Shown here: positions 35,224-48,040 of the stretch, in pieces | Numbering within the stretch: the stretch's first letter is position 1 | Layout of the letters: the number at the start of each line of letters is the position of its first letter | Origin: Chiloscyllium plagiosum | Taxonomy: Eukaryota | DNA length: 64,000 nucleotides | Assembly: GCF_004010195.1 (NCBI RefSeq) | Contig: NC_057718.1 | Coordinates: 32,132,791 to 32,196,790, forward strand | Reading direction: 5' to 3' | Translations under genes and position numbers: made by a program | Notes under the pieces: model-generated | The model's input: the letters and a program-made list of their open reading frames with translations, nothing else | What the model was told of the DNA's origin: nothing | Database searches by the model: none

Positions 35224-38181
35224 TAAAATGAATGTTCTTCCTCACCTGTTGTACCCAATGAGAATGCTCCCATTGTTGATACCCCCACGGGTGTTACAGA
35301 AGCTCAATGGTTGACTAGGTTCTTTTATTTCGTGTCACAGGCGAGCCCTAATTAAATTTACCAAATTGCAGCTCCCGCAGGGTGAGGGGCAGGTGGACCT
35401 TCTGGACTTGAAGAGAAAACAAATAAGCGCTTTGTTAGCATATGTGAGTGACTGGGTATGGGGGAATTCAGGGTCGATTTGGTTTGATGTTGAAGTCTCG
35501 CAGTCGTGATGTCCCCTAGTTAATCAATTATTCAAGAATAAGATGAAATTCGTGACCGAGCAGTGTAAGAGACCAATCATTTTAATACAGTGAAAGCCTG
35601 GAGGATAATGAGGCAAGACGAGGGCAATTGGTCTAAGACCTCGTCATTTACCCTGTTGGCAGGAGCCCAAGGATTTAAACCCGGGGCAATGGACTATGGC
35701 TTTAAGGCTTGGGAGAATAAGGGAATCTCTTGTTTGGGAGATTTATTTGAGAGGGAGGTCTTGATGATGTTTAGTCAATTAAGTCAGAAATATGGATTGT
35801 CTAATAGGGACCTTTTCTGGTACTTTCAGATAAGGGATTATATACAGAGGAAGATCACGCTCCTGGCTCAGTTTTACAAGTCAGACGTAGAGAAAAGAAT
35901 GTTCTGGTGCAGGGGCACTCTTTCGGTTCATACTTTGTATCATTTACAGAAATGACCTGCCTTAGGGGACGTGGAGGGACTCTCTAGGATGTGGAATCCG
36001 GAGCTGGGAGAGGATATTTCATTGGAAGTATGGGAAGATATATGGGAAAATGTAAGGAAAATTTCAATATGTAAGAAAGGGTTCATATGGCGCCAGAGAG
36101 GCTAGCTAAGTTCAAGAGAAGAGCTTCTCCAGGGTTTCCCAAATGCAATCTTAGTCCAGGCACTCTTGCACGCTGTTATTGGTCATGTTGTAAGATCTAG
36201 AAACACTGGAGTGCTATAGTAAGGGAGCTGAAGGACGTCCTGGGGATTGAAGTTAAAGTGGACTTGGTATTTCTTCTTCTGGGGTTGCCAAACATGCTCT
36301 GTCTGAGGGGAACACAGGAAGAGACTGTGTAACATTCTTACGCACTGTGTGAGGAAGAACATTCTAATGAATTGAACATTGGAAAACCCCCCAGGGTCTA
36401 ATGGGGTGGTGCAGGCTGGTGATGGGGCATCTCCCACAAGACTACATCACAAATATGGTGCACCACAAAATGCAACAGTTTTACAAGACGTGGAGGCCCT
36501 TTCTAAATTATATTGATGCTGACTTATCAGCAATATTAACTAAAGCCATGGTATAGCCATGGAAATCATCTGGGTGCCTGTGGGGCCCTGGGAGAGGGAG
36601 GCTGGGGGAAAAGAATGACTAGTGTCCCCAGGGATGGGAGCCTCAGTGGAGGTGTGGTGAGTGAAATAGAGTAAAGTAATGTGACATAATTTAATTTAGG
36701 TTCATTTGAATTCAGTTTAATTTAATTTTTATTTACTTTGTTTGTAGTTTAGTTTAAGCAGATACGTTTGTTCTGGTAGAATAGTAGGTGATATGTATTA
36801 ATAATATCATGATGTGACATTATTGTACTGCCTCTATCTTTCTGTATTTTGGTATTGTTCTTTTTGTATATAGATGTTCTGTAAAATATTTGAAAAAGTT
36901 TCTAATAAAAATATTTATTAAAAACAAGATGGTGAAATGGGCAAAAATCTGATTGGTCAAATTTAATGTTTGTAAATATGAACTGGTACATTTTGTTTCA
37001 AAAGTAATGCTTATACTTTGATTGGGGAATAGCTGGTTGATATGGAAAAGCAGAAGAATTGTGCGGTTTAGACTCAAAACTTAGCAGCACCTCAAATTGA
37101 AACCAGCAAGAAAATCTGGTGGAGTAATAATCAATAAATGTTAATGTATAAAACTCCATGAAAGAGGTCAGAGGCCTTTCAGGACAACATTACATGCAGA
37201 TTCACCAGAATGTTGCCTGGTATAATAACATTTTAAAAAGGCAAACCCTTTTTCATGATGCTGTTTTCATCAGAACAGAAGAGAAATTAGGTTGATTAAT
37301 TTAGGTGTTCAAAATTATTAATAGCTGAAAGAGTGGAAAGGAAAACTGATTATTTCTACTAATTGAGCTGTCATTAGGGGCACATTTCTGGTAAGATTAA
37401 ATGTAAGCTATTTGGAGTAGAAAGCATGAGAAACATTTTTTTTACCTTGAGGCGTCTTCTCATTGTGGAATGCAGTCAGGAATACTGGTTGGAGCAGAGA
37501 CAGTGGGATGAAGTTTACTGCGGTGGTAGGAGGAAGGACTAATCTGAAAGTAAGTCTGCCCCTCACTGACATGCAATATGGCTGTCCTGTGACCTGAATT
37601 AATGTTAATTCTTGTTTGACTTGTATTGGTTTAGATCCAAAGTAACGGAAAGGTCACAAAAAGTGAAATCTTGTTTATAATTCCTTCATTTGGGAGTCAT
37701 TCAGTAAATTTCGTTATTTTGGTTTGCAATTTCTCTGTAGCGAACACAACCTCCAGCATTTCAGCACGTTTGGAAGTAGGCAGCAGTTGATTCAAAAGTT
37801 GTAATTCTCTTGTTGGTCATTGTGATTGACTAGCAGCTCTGTAGTACCACCATCAACACAGCGGATTAGTGGCCTGCACTGCCATAACTGAACCAGTCCC
37901 GAAGTAAAATGGAAGATTAAAGAGAAGTCCAAGGATTCTGGGAGAACATGGCTGCAGGAACCCCAATGAAGGGTTTGTTTGGGTTGTGTCTCAAACAACA
38001 GCATGCACAGTCAAATCTGTCAGTTTGCCTATCAACTTGTCCCTCTTCCCTGTGGGCCACAGAATCTTTATAGAGGCAGGATGAGACCATTAAGTGACAA
38101 TTAATTGTCCATGTAAGGGCCTTAATAGAGGTGAATGAGTGAATGGCTTTTCTGTTGCCTTACCTGTCCCTCTGTAGAACT

Positions 38182-38655
38182 TCCATATCCGCCACAGATT
38201 CACCTGCACCTCCACCCACATCATCTACTGCATCCGCTGCAGCCGGTGTGGCCTCCTCTATATTGGAGAGACAGGCCGCCTACTTGCGGAGCGATTCAGA
38301 GAGCACCTCTGGGCCACCCGGACGAACCAACCCAACCAACCTGTGGCACAGCATTTCAACTCCCCCTCCCACTCCACCGAGGATATGCAGGTCATTGGAC
38401 TCATCCACCGCCAAACCACAACAACCCGACGGTCGGAGGATTTCCACCTATCACATTTCCAACGCCCCTCCTCCAAGTCCCTCCTCCCTACCTTTTATCT
38501 TCTCCTGCTGAACACTCTCTGCTCATTCCTGAAGAAGGGCCTGTGCCCGAAACGTCGAATCTCCTGTTCCCTGGATGCTGCCTGACCTGCTGTGCTGTTC
38601 CAGCAATAAAGTTTCAACTTTGATCTCCAGCATCTGCAGACCTCACTTTCTCCTC
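38182..38655 (+). mobile_element. Penelope-like element 3' part (GIY-YIG + terminal repeat), relatively young
   Basis: HRFTCTSTHIIYCIRCSRCGLLYIGETGRLLAERFREHL..PVAQHFNSPSH; CpGs preserved; hammerhead and AATAAA downstream. Confidence 0.93.
38525..38560 (+). ncRNA. Minimal type I hammerhead ribozyme motif, fully intact
   Basis: ATTC-CTGAAGA-A-GGGC CTGT GCCC-GAAA-C-GTC-GAAT; perfect stems I and II, GUC cleavage triplet (cut predicted after 38556), ACGT palindromic stem III. Confidence 0.82.
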
Positions 38656-38749
38656 TGTAGAATGGGGACAGTTTGTGGTAGGTGGGGAGGTGGCGGGGTT
38701 GGTGATCTGCTTTCATTTAACAGATCATGCTCACTTTGAGATCGTGTAA

Positions 38750-40200
38750 ACACAGAACTTATACAGGAGAACATGGGGCCCATTGTGTCTGCTCTCTGAG
38801 CATGTTAACGTAGTGCCGAACACCCCCCTTTTACCTGTAACCCTGTGCAGTGTTTCTATTTAAATGGTCATCAAATGCCCTCTTGAATGCCTCAATTGAA
38901 CCTGCCTACATTGCATGTCTAGGAGTGCCTAATCACTCCCTGTGTGAGAAAGGTTTTTCTCACTTTGCACCAAAACACTTGAAAATTGTGCCGTCTGGTT
39001 CTGCATCCATTTACAACTGGGAGCAGTTTCTCACTATCTACTGGCTCCTGACTCCTCAGGATTTTCAAAACTTCTAATACATCTCTTCTTAGCCTGATGT
39101 TCTCAAAGGAAAACAGTCCCCCAACTTCTCCAATCTTTCCTCATAGCTGAAGTGTCTTAACCCCGCAACCATCCTCATAAACCTCTTCTGCACTCTCTCC
39201 AATGCATCCACATCCATCCTGTTGTGTGGTGCCCAGAACTTGCACAATACTCCAAATGAGGTCTAACAATGTCTTATGTAAGTTCATCGTCACCTCCGTG
39301 TACTTATACTCAATATCCCAATTTATGAAGCCGAGAGCATTGTATATTTTATGAGTAACTGTTTCTATTTGACCTGCCATCTTTAAGACATATGTACACC
39401 CATCAGAATTGTATTGTTTATTTTGTGCTGTCTCTGCATGTCCATTTCACCGATATGCAACACCTCACACTTCTCCACACTGATCTTCAATTGCCACCTA
39501 TTTACCCACTCCACCGTGTGCCAATGTCCTTTTGAAGTTCTACAGTGCCCTCCTTTTGTTTACAATTCTCTCAAGTTCTATGTCATCTCTAAACTTTGAA
39601 GTTACCCCTTCACTCAGAAAGAGCGAAGGTTCCAATGTCAACTCTCTTCAGAATTCTACCACAAACCTACTCCCAGAATGAAATTTATCAATTAACCATT
39701 ACTCTCTATTTCCCATCACTCAGCCAGTTTTATATCCATGTTGCTACTGTTCTTTTTATTCCATGACTTACAACTTGCCTCACAAGTCTGGTGGTACTAT
39801 ATTGAACCTCTTCAATGGCCTTCTTCAAATCAACTGTCTCTGTTACCTCTTCCAAAAGCTCCAGCAAATTAATTTGATACAATGTTTTCTTCACAAATAT
39901 CTGTACATGCTGGAGTTCCAAATCAATCTGCAGTTTTCCATGTGACTATTAATTCTATCCTACACAAATGTTTCTAGGAGTTTTCCCACCATTGAGGTAA
40001 AGCTGACTGGTCTGTAATTGGTGACCAATTTACAACTTCTTTTGAACAAGAGCATACTATTTGCAATTCTACAGTCCTCCTCCACCATCCCCAAATCCAG
40101 GGAAGTTGGAAAGATTATTGGCAGTGACTCTGCAAATTCTACCTCACTTTCTTCAATGTCCTTGGATGCATCTCATCTAGTCCGAGTATATTATCAATGA
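38750..40200 (-). mobile_element. Old CR1 LINE fragment
   Basis: NALGFINWDIEYK, NLLELLEEVTE, ttggagagagtgcagaagaggttt; heavily decayed. Confidence 0.85.
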
Positions 40201-41384
40201 GTATTGATGTCCAACACCAACTCCTCATTAATTTTATGCCCTTCTACTGTCTGGGTTTCTAGATATACGATCAGGGACCATAACATTCACCCCCAAGTCA
40301 ACATTGAAGGATAAAGGAAAATTTGGTGAAACAGAACACAGTGAGCATTTAGAATTTGAACTGTTTATGTGGAGGATAAGCACCAAATATGGCCTGGTTC
40401 AACTGAATGGCTCTGTAGTTACAGGTACTAGGCCAACATTGTCTGTTGTTTGGATGGTCAGCTTTTGTCTGAAGCTGTAAAGCCATTTTCTGAGTTGATA
40501 TATAGGAAAACCAGCCAGGAATACAGGAAGGAATGAGAACTGTATCAGGTAACTGATTGATAAACATTGTAAACCAGGGCAGTATAGATCCACTACAATT
40601 GACACAGGTTTTACTGAAATTGTTTCAGTCCTCTCAACCCATTTTGCAGTATCACAGGCCTAAACCATAAAACTGGAGAATTCCACTCAGGTCACCCAGT
40701 GAATGGTTTAAGAACTGATAATGTTTACTTGACCCAGTGAAGGAGGAGGATTTTGCAGTCTCTGTGTTATGATGCACATGGAATTAGTCGATGAGAATGT
40801 AAAATGGAGAATATATCTCCATTCCGTAGTACAACTGTCCTAGCAAAATAGCAGAAGAATTCTTATAAAACAGCATACTCAATAGAGATTTTCCTCCCTT
40901 CGGACAAGGTGCTGATTTTGCTTTTTAAAGTGAGCCCAATTCGTAAATATAGTCAAACACCAGTCCATTGATAACCTTCACTGAAGTACATTTTGAAACT
41001 TTATAGAAATACTTAACCCATAAATAGTGCAGCATTAATAATAAATATTACAGTATGGAACAATGGCAGTAGATGGCAAGTCAAATGCTATGCTTCCGGT
41101 TGTAAGCCACAGCCAGTAAGTGGTTATTGGTGCTTAGGATTCAGCACTGCTGTTCATAGTTACCAAACTGTTACTGGCCAGTGTTAATTTCTTGCAGATC
41201 AGCAGTTATTTTATTTTAATGTCTGATCCAACAATCTGTTTGATCTGTATTTTTGGATTGTGACATATTGCAACTTTCTATTTCCTCATGTTCGATGGTA
41301 GTTTTTTTGTGCTGTAACGTTGCCTGTCACTGTTGCAGACTTTATCATTTACATCGTCCTGCTCAGCAGTCCAGAGGAGAATAT

Positions 41385-41590
41385 AGAATCATACAATCAA
41401 ATCATAGAATCGCTACAGTGTGGAAACAGGCCATTTGGCCCAACAAGTCCTCATGAATCCTCCGAAGACTATCCCACCCAGACCCATTCCCCTACCCTAT
41501 TATTCTACATTTCCCCGACTAATGCACCAAACCTACACATCTCTGAACACTGTGGACAATTTCGCATGGCCAATCCGCCTAACCTGCACA
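41385..41590 (-). mobile_element. HE1-type V-SINE 3' half
   Basis: atcatagaatcgctacagtgtggaaacaggcc...gcatggccaatccgcctaacctgcaca. Confidence 0.9.
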
Positions 41591-41877
41591 ATAAAAAAGA
41601 GCACTGTGATTTTTGAGGAAGAAGTGAAAGGAAAATTGAAAGTAAACCTACTTGTCTGTTGAATTTGATTCTGCAAAATAGCCTTCCTTATATTGCAGGG
41701 TAACTCAGAACATCAATAGTTGTAATTCAACAAAGCACACAATCTCTCACGGCTTACATTCGTGATTACACTTGTTGTTACTGATTCCCCAGTACTTTAT
41801 TAAAGTGTCAGTCCATTATCTGCCAAAGTTTGGAGGACCTTAATGTTGAAAAGTGATAATGGGATAATTTTGACTTT

Positions 41878-42030
41878 GAGAAAGTGGGGACTGCAGATGC
41901 TGGAGATCAGAGCTGAAAAATAAGCCTAAAGATTCCTGAAGAAGGGCTTATGCCCGAAACGTCGATTCTCCTGCTCCTTGGATGCTGCCTGATCTGCTGC
42001 GTTTTTCCAGCAACACATTTTTCAGCTCTA
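41878..42030. mobile_element. Short PLE-terminus element with inverted ends and intact-core hammerhead (41931-41968, +)
   Basis: gattc-CTGAAGA-a-gggc ttat gccc-GAAA-c-GTC-gattc; agagctgaaaaa / tttttcagctct inverted pair. Confidence 0.82.
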
Positions 42031-42109
42031 ATTTTGATTTTGGACAATAGTGTAAAACTGGTGACTTGGCTACCCATTCAACACATCCCCCAGTTACTTT
42101 CATTCCCAG

Positions 42110-42147
42110 GAAAGCTGATCTAACCCCTCTTCGCCCAGACAGCAGAT
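42110..42147 (+). other. Candidate 38-nt internal exon of an unidentified host gene
   Basis: Acceptor ttactttcattcccag| and donor |gtaagt; single open frame KADLTPLRPDSR; peptide not recognised. Confidence 0.25.
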
Positions 42148-45100
42148 GTAAGTATATGTTTTCTTTCTTCATGTGTATTGAAGTTGAGGGTTTAAAATCA
42201 GTGTGTAATTAAGAGAAATGTTTTATTGTGGCTGTGAGAGAAACAGTTACTGAGGAGTTTGTAAATGTGAATTAGCAGATGTCTGAAAGAATGGTTTGAC
42301 TTTTTTGCTTGCTAAGCAGATCTTATGTTTTGGGAAACAAGTGGGATTTTATTTATGATGTGAGAGTGTTTCAGCAGAATTTCTGCCAAGATGTTTAACT
42401 TTCACATAACTGAACTGACTGTAGTTGAATTGACTGTGTTGATGTTTTGAGAGCCTGGGTTTATGTAGTTTATAATACACACAAGCATTCAGAACTCAGT
42501 CCTACAATGAACACAGTGATCATCCTGCAAATCTAGAGCCAAAGATTCATGTACACTCATCACTAGCTTCTCAAGGGCAGTTATGGATAGGAGCAAATGC
42601 TGGTTAAGCCAACGATACACACCTCCTGTGAATGAATTAAAGAAAGCTGCACTGAAGAGGTCATTTGGCCCACTGACTTCACGCTGGCTTTCCCTGAAGC
42701 AAGCATGTCATTCCCACACCCTAGCTTTGCTTTGAGAGACCAAGCTGCACCAACGCCTGCTGAGAATCCAATTTGGAAACCACATAAAGAAATTCAGTGA
42801 CTGCTGGATTTTAATTGCCAGTGTGGGACTGAGAATCTTGGCCAACAGAGTGAGATGAGCACTCAGCAATTTATAAGTTCTTTGCTTGACTAGCCTTTGG
42901 AGTGCCTGATGGAGAAACTGAGCAGTGTCTTCTTGAGAGATGAAGCAACGTGGTGGCAAAATTTGCAAAAAAACTATTAACAGCACATCATATTTCACTC
43001 TGCTGAAAGAAAAGTTTGTCCTGAACAGAAAAAGAATTTGTTAACATGTTTTTACTGGAATTAAATGGATTTGTAAAGTGTTTCATGACTTCACAAGTCC
43101 AAAAGCAATTCACAGTCAAAATACATATATTTGAAGTGTAATGGGTGTTGCATGGGAAATTTGTGCTCAGTATGATATCAAAACCTCAGCGATGAGAGAA
43201 ATAAGTAATAAATTAGTTTAATTAATCCTTGCTGACCCAATTGTGTGAATTATCTCATGCCACTTGTATCTGGAAAGCAATTTTGGGTCTGTAACCTGAA
43301 GCGATAGAGTGTAAGTATGTTTAGTGATGTTTGCAAGCAATAGGAGAAACTAGAGGAAAAGGCGAGAACTCGTGAGAATTGCTCGTTAGGGATTTGCTGA
43401 TGTAGCAGCATATGCAAGTCCAATACTTTAAACAAGTTTTCATAATTACATACCGAGGCCTGAACATTATGGACTTGAGCCAATAGGGAATGGGGTGGTT
43501 GAAAAGGAGAATTTGGGATTCCTCATTCTGTATGGATCTTTGTGTTGTCAACCATCGACCTGATTCTCCACCAGGGAGTCAGCCCGACTGATAGACCTGA
43601 CTCTTGGTGAGACCAGGAATCAATTAGTAAAGCCTAACCATTGTAAAGGATAGGTTTTGAGGTGATCATGAGGGAAAAGAGATTGATTTGGAATTGCAGA
43701 TTGAACACAGAGTGAAGTGAAGTGTTAGTTTGAAGACCTAGAGGTGGGTCTTCTGAAGTAGCTACTTTGTTTCCTGAGGTTTGGGGAAATCCTGCTGACC
43801 ACAGCTGCGAAGCTGAATAACAGTGAGTTTGCAGCCTGATTATAATATCTGTAATATCTAAAATGCCAACTTCCCTCAGTTAAAACCAGTATCATGTGGA
43901 TCAGAGGCAGATTTGCGGAATTTAAGATTTTAAATGCCGTGCGTGATCCAAACCCACTTACTTGTGTTTTTTTGGTTAAACACCATTATGATCTCAATTT
44001 TATTGACTAAAAATTATGAGTGGTAACTATCCAAGTGTCTAACTCATTGAGTTTTATAGTGGTGAAGTTTTAAAAGCACTTGGTTGGGAGGTTTAAAATG
44101 CAGTAGAGAATTTTTCATGTGTATCAATGTAAGTTGGATTAAATTAGTCCAGAAATTGAAATATTTGTTGTAAAACAAAATTCATTTGGTGGAATTAAAA
44201 AGTAACTCGGCCACAGAGAAAATTTAAGGTTACGAGACTGACAAGAGTGAATGAGTGAGTAACTTTACACGGAGTAACATGACATGACTGAGCATTGATT
44301 AAGATGACTCCATCTTGGTAAAGATGGTGAGAGACAAATCACCTCCAACACCACTTCAAGATTAATACCACATTGGACCAATTCAGTAGCTCTTTTTTCA
44401 TGGTTGTCCGTTTAGATGAAGAGTCCATTCAGCATGGTGTTTATTATAAAATCGCATCTGGAGTCAATCTCTTTGGCACAATGTTTATTGTTGCAAAGAA
44501 ACTCTGTTTCATTCCTACCATAAACAAAAATGCTGTCAACTACTGCTGTTTGTGCCTGTGAATCCATGAGACTTGGTCGAAAGCAAAATTATACATCCAT
44601 TGTGTTATGTAAATGTGTACAAACACCAGCAAAGAACAGCTTATTTCTGAGTGGAATAGCTTATTTCTGAGCTTTTAAATATATATATATAAAATACATG
44701 ACAGAAAGAAATTTAACTCCATTTGAGAGACAATAATCTTCAGTATTTTTCACTTCTTCACTTCAGTTCCTTTCAGTCCATTGCTAGTTCCATGATCCAT
44801 CGAGTTTTTCTGCACAATTTCAGCCTAGAGATTGAAAACCGACCGAGGAGCAGATCCTGATCAAACTGAAGGTTAACCTCATCTGTCATTCTGAAGCAGG
44901 CTGTTGGTAACATGGCTGATCTGATTGTAACTTCAAATCCATGTCCCCTCCTACTCCCCTAATTCTTTAGTCCTTGCTTAACAACAATCTATCAACCTGT
45001 TCATTAAAAATATTCAAGGACTCTGTGCCTATCACCTTTTCAGGAAGAGGGAAGAAAGTTCCAAAGACTCATGACTATCTGAGAGAAAATCATTTACCTA

Positions 45101-46339
45101 ATCTCTGTTTTCAGAATTCCATGTTATCAACGTCCCGGATCATTATTAACCAGAAACAGGCCCAGGTCACTCCCAACGTTCAATTAACTCAACATCGACC
45201 AGGACAAAGCAACTTGAACAGCACCACCTAACACAATGAACATTCACTCCCTCTGCCATTAGCAGACCATGGGATAGGCAATACATGCTGACCAGGCTAA
45301 TTGTGCCAGTGACACCTCCTGAATCAACATACACAAATAAACACTGCTAGCCTGCATTGGAAATAGCTGCAGTCCACTTTCACATCAGGTTTATTGGTGT
45401 TTGAAGGGCAGGAGCCAGAGTATAACACAGGAGAACTGAGAAAAATAAACATGAGCTTTTTTCAAAATTAGAAAGCCTGCTGATTCTTTTCATAAAGTAA
45501 ATACATTTGCTCCTAAAAATAATCATGTTATTTGTTGACTAAGTTGTTTCTTTTAGCATTTCCGTTCCCAGTTCCCATCTCCTCCTCCCTTACAGACACA
45601 TTGTGGCTATATTGGCACTGGCTGCCACCCATTATTTTGCCCACATGACTGTTCTCCTTGTTTGTACTCCAACAGGAGGAATGCCAGTGTGTTCTGATTA
45701 ATCACGTGGGTATTCACGGTCAACCTTGTAGCCACCCCGATTCTGTCTTCATACTGCATTTATATGTACTTAACCAATTTTCTCACATATACATTTCCAA
45801 TTTATAGCAAAATCATTGCCTAACAGTCAGGAGTGGCATCCTTGGTAGACTTTTTTTTACCTTTGTAACCCAAAGTGTAGGAATAACCTCTGTATTCCTG
45901 CTCTGGCTAAGATCAGCTAACACAGCACAATTCTCGGTACTTTTCTGGTCTGGCCGATTCAGACCATTGGGTTGTGTATTGTAATGGTTACATTGGCTGG
46001 TAACAAGTTGCCTTTTGTGAAAATGGCTTTAGTGCAGTCAGTAATCTTTCTGATGATAAAATAGACACAAAGCATCAGTAACAGCAGGAAGTCAGAGCTA
46101 ACAACTGGGTTTATGCTTGTCTATTGCTGAAGTCTTTTGTGAGGGAGATTTTGGAATGGAATTCTGAAATGTAGATTATGAAGGATTTGAATACACTATT
46201 TTGGTCCTGATGCCACAACACCATCTGAGGAGTTTATAAGGCAATTCCTCTTTATACAAAGAGTGTTCAATCCCTGGAATAGGCTTCTAGTTATTATTGA
46301 CATCATTCTCACTTTTAAGTCAAAATGTTGTTGGTTATT

Positions 46340-46430
46340 CACAGTTTAGGCTCGCACTTGGATGTTGCACTGCGTTATCACAGCAGTTGTCTTTTGGATG
46401 AGAGAACAAACTGAGGCCCAGTGGGGCACA
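46340..46430 (+). mobile_element. Deu-domain SINE core fragment
   Basis: gttgcactg...gttgtcttttggatgagagaacaaactgaggccc resembles the Deu core. Confidence 0.45.
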
Positions 46431-47565
46431 CTGTTCAGATTCTAAACAACACGCCCGCTTCTCAGATGGTGCAGGCTTTTGTAGAGTTGTGGGTGAAGCA
46501 CCAACACTTGTTAAGTGTTTTTCCAAATTTGTTATGCTACATGCTCCAAGTTTGTCACATTTGAGGTTACTGTCTTTGATGAACCCCTCAGGAGGGAGGG
46601 GCATCTAGAACTCAATCTACTAGTTCTCAATCTTTCCAATCCTTTGCTTCAGACCTTCACAAAGACACCTTGTCCAAAGCTGAAGTGAAAACAGTATAAA
46701 AAATCCCATTCCATAACAACTTTATCAGCCAACATTTCCAATAACAACAACAGAAGTGAACTATTTATTCTTATGTTTTCCCTAGTATCTGTCTTGTGGG
46801 AGTCTAGTGCTGCTAATGGCTGTTGTCCTAGTGTCTCCAGCACAAGCGAGGAAGCACTGGCGTGTAGTAGGGAATCCGCAGATGGCTTTGCAGGGCAGCA
46901 TCAAGCAGTTGTAGGTGTCAAGGTCCCTGCTTCAGACTGCACCATGGTTGGGGGGGTAGCATTTTGGGCTGGCTGGCTGACAGGCATGGCAAAGCTACTG
47001 ACAGAGTGGCAATGATGTGAAAACAGATGATTCCCTCCTGAGAGAGAACAGTGGATTTGCACTCTGCAGAGTCACCCTCTCGGAAATGCTGAAACGCAGA
47101 TTGCTGGGATGCTGTCACTCCCTTTGAGCACTGGTGTGATGGCCTGTGTGGCACCAGTCTGGACAAGCACAGATTGAGCAGGTTTATTCTCCGCTTCCAA
47201 AATGCAGTCCTGTAACAGTGGCAGGCTTCTATCTGCGCTACAAGGAAACTGAGACATTTGCCATGAGACTGCTTCACAATTGCTTCTGCAAGTGCCAAAA
47301 TAGGATTGGCCACCATTTTTGTGGTGGAAAGGATAGTCTCCAAGGGCTGTACAAAGCCCTGTGCCAAGTTATCCACCATGTTTCTTGATAGTGACAGCAA
47401 ACCCCTGTAGCAGGTCTGCTATAGGATCAAGTATCTCTGTGGGAATGACCATCATTTTGCTGATGGGTTCAGATGGTCAGATCCTGGGATAGGGTTTCTT
47501 CATCAGACATTTGCTCTTGCTCCATCCCTTTGTTATGAGGCTGCAGAAGCTGGCCAGGCAGCAGT

Positions 47566-47820
47566 TTAGATTAGATTCCCTACAGTGTGGAAACAAGCTC
47601 TTCGGCCCAACCAGTCCACACCAACCCTCTGAAGATCATTTCCCTCTGAGTAATGCACCTAACACTACGAGCAATTTAGCTTGGCCAATTCACCTAACCT
47701 GTACATCTTTGGATTGTGGGAGGAAACCGGAGAACCCAGAGGAAACCCACGCAGACAACAGGGAGAATGTGCAAACTCCACAGAGACAGTCGCCCAAGGC
47801 TGGAATCGAACCTGGGATCT
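47566..47820 (-). mobile_element. HE1-type V-SINE
   Basis: ttagattagattccctacagtgtggaaac...ggaatcgaacctgg. Confidence 0.92.
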
Positions 47821-47857
47821 AATAGTATCTAAATGTATAGTTTAATAATATCTAAAT

Positions 47858-48040
47858 GTATAGAGAACAACCTTGATTATAATGACGAGATGGGCTGGGA
47901 GAATTCTGTTCAGTTAGCTGATTGTTCAAATAACTGATTGTTCGGATAACAGATAATGTTTTTAACAGGACATTGAGATCTTGTTCTGATAATCCAAAAT
48001 TCGGATAATTGATGTTCGGATAACCAAGGTTGTTCTGGAA
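47858..48040. mobile_element. Tigger/pogo-like MITE
   Basis: Imperfect TIRs agaacaaccttgattat / ataaccaaggttgttct; internal (gttcggataa) subterminal repeats. Confidence 0.65.

Larger units (their letters stand above)
30628..36556 (+). pseudogene. L1 ORF2 (APE-EN, RT, degenerate CCHC), disrupted by three insertions and many stops
   Basis: WCTWNAK..DIALLQETH, FEFGDKPGRCLA, GKAPGPDGF, YRPISMLNVDFKILSKMLA, DQMGFVKGR, SLDAEKAFDRVEW, QGCPFS, LYADYVLL, FYKTWRPFLNY...MV*. Confidence 0.92.
29013..36925 (+). mobile_element. Full-length L1-clade LINE, inactivated, with 15-bp TSD
   Basis: TSD aagatggtgaaatgg at 28998-29012 and 36926-36940; 5'UTR, ORF1, ~600-bp spacer, ORF2, 3'UTR, AATAAA and A-rich tail at 36904-36924. 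Confidence 0.93.
28915..37520 (+). mobile_element. Ancient CR1 RT/3' fragment (28915-29012 and 36926-37520) split by the L1 insertion
   Basis: KFVDNA...LQVDV-DKMVKW | AKI*LVKFNVCKYELVHF reads through once the L1 is removed; later cagattcaccagaatgttgcctgg. Confidence 0.7.
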
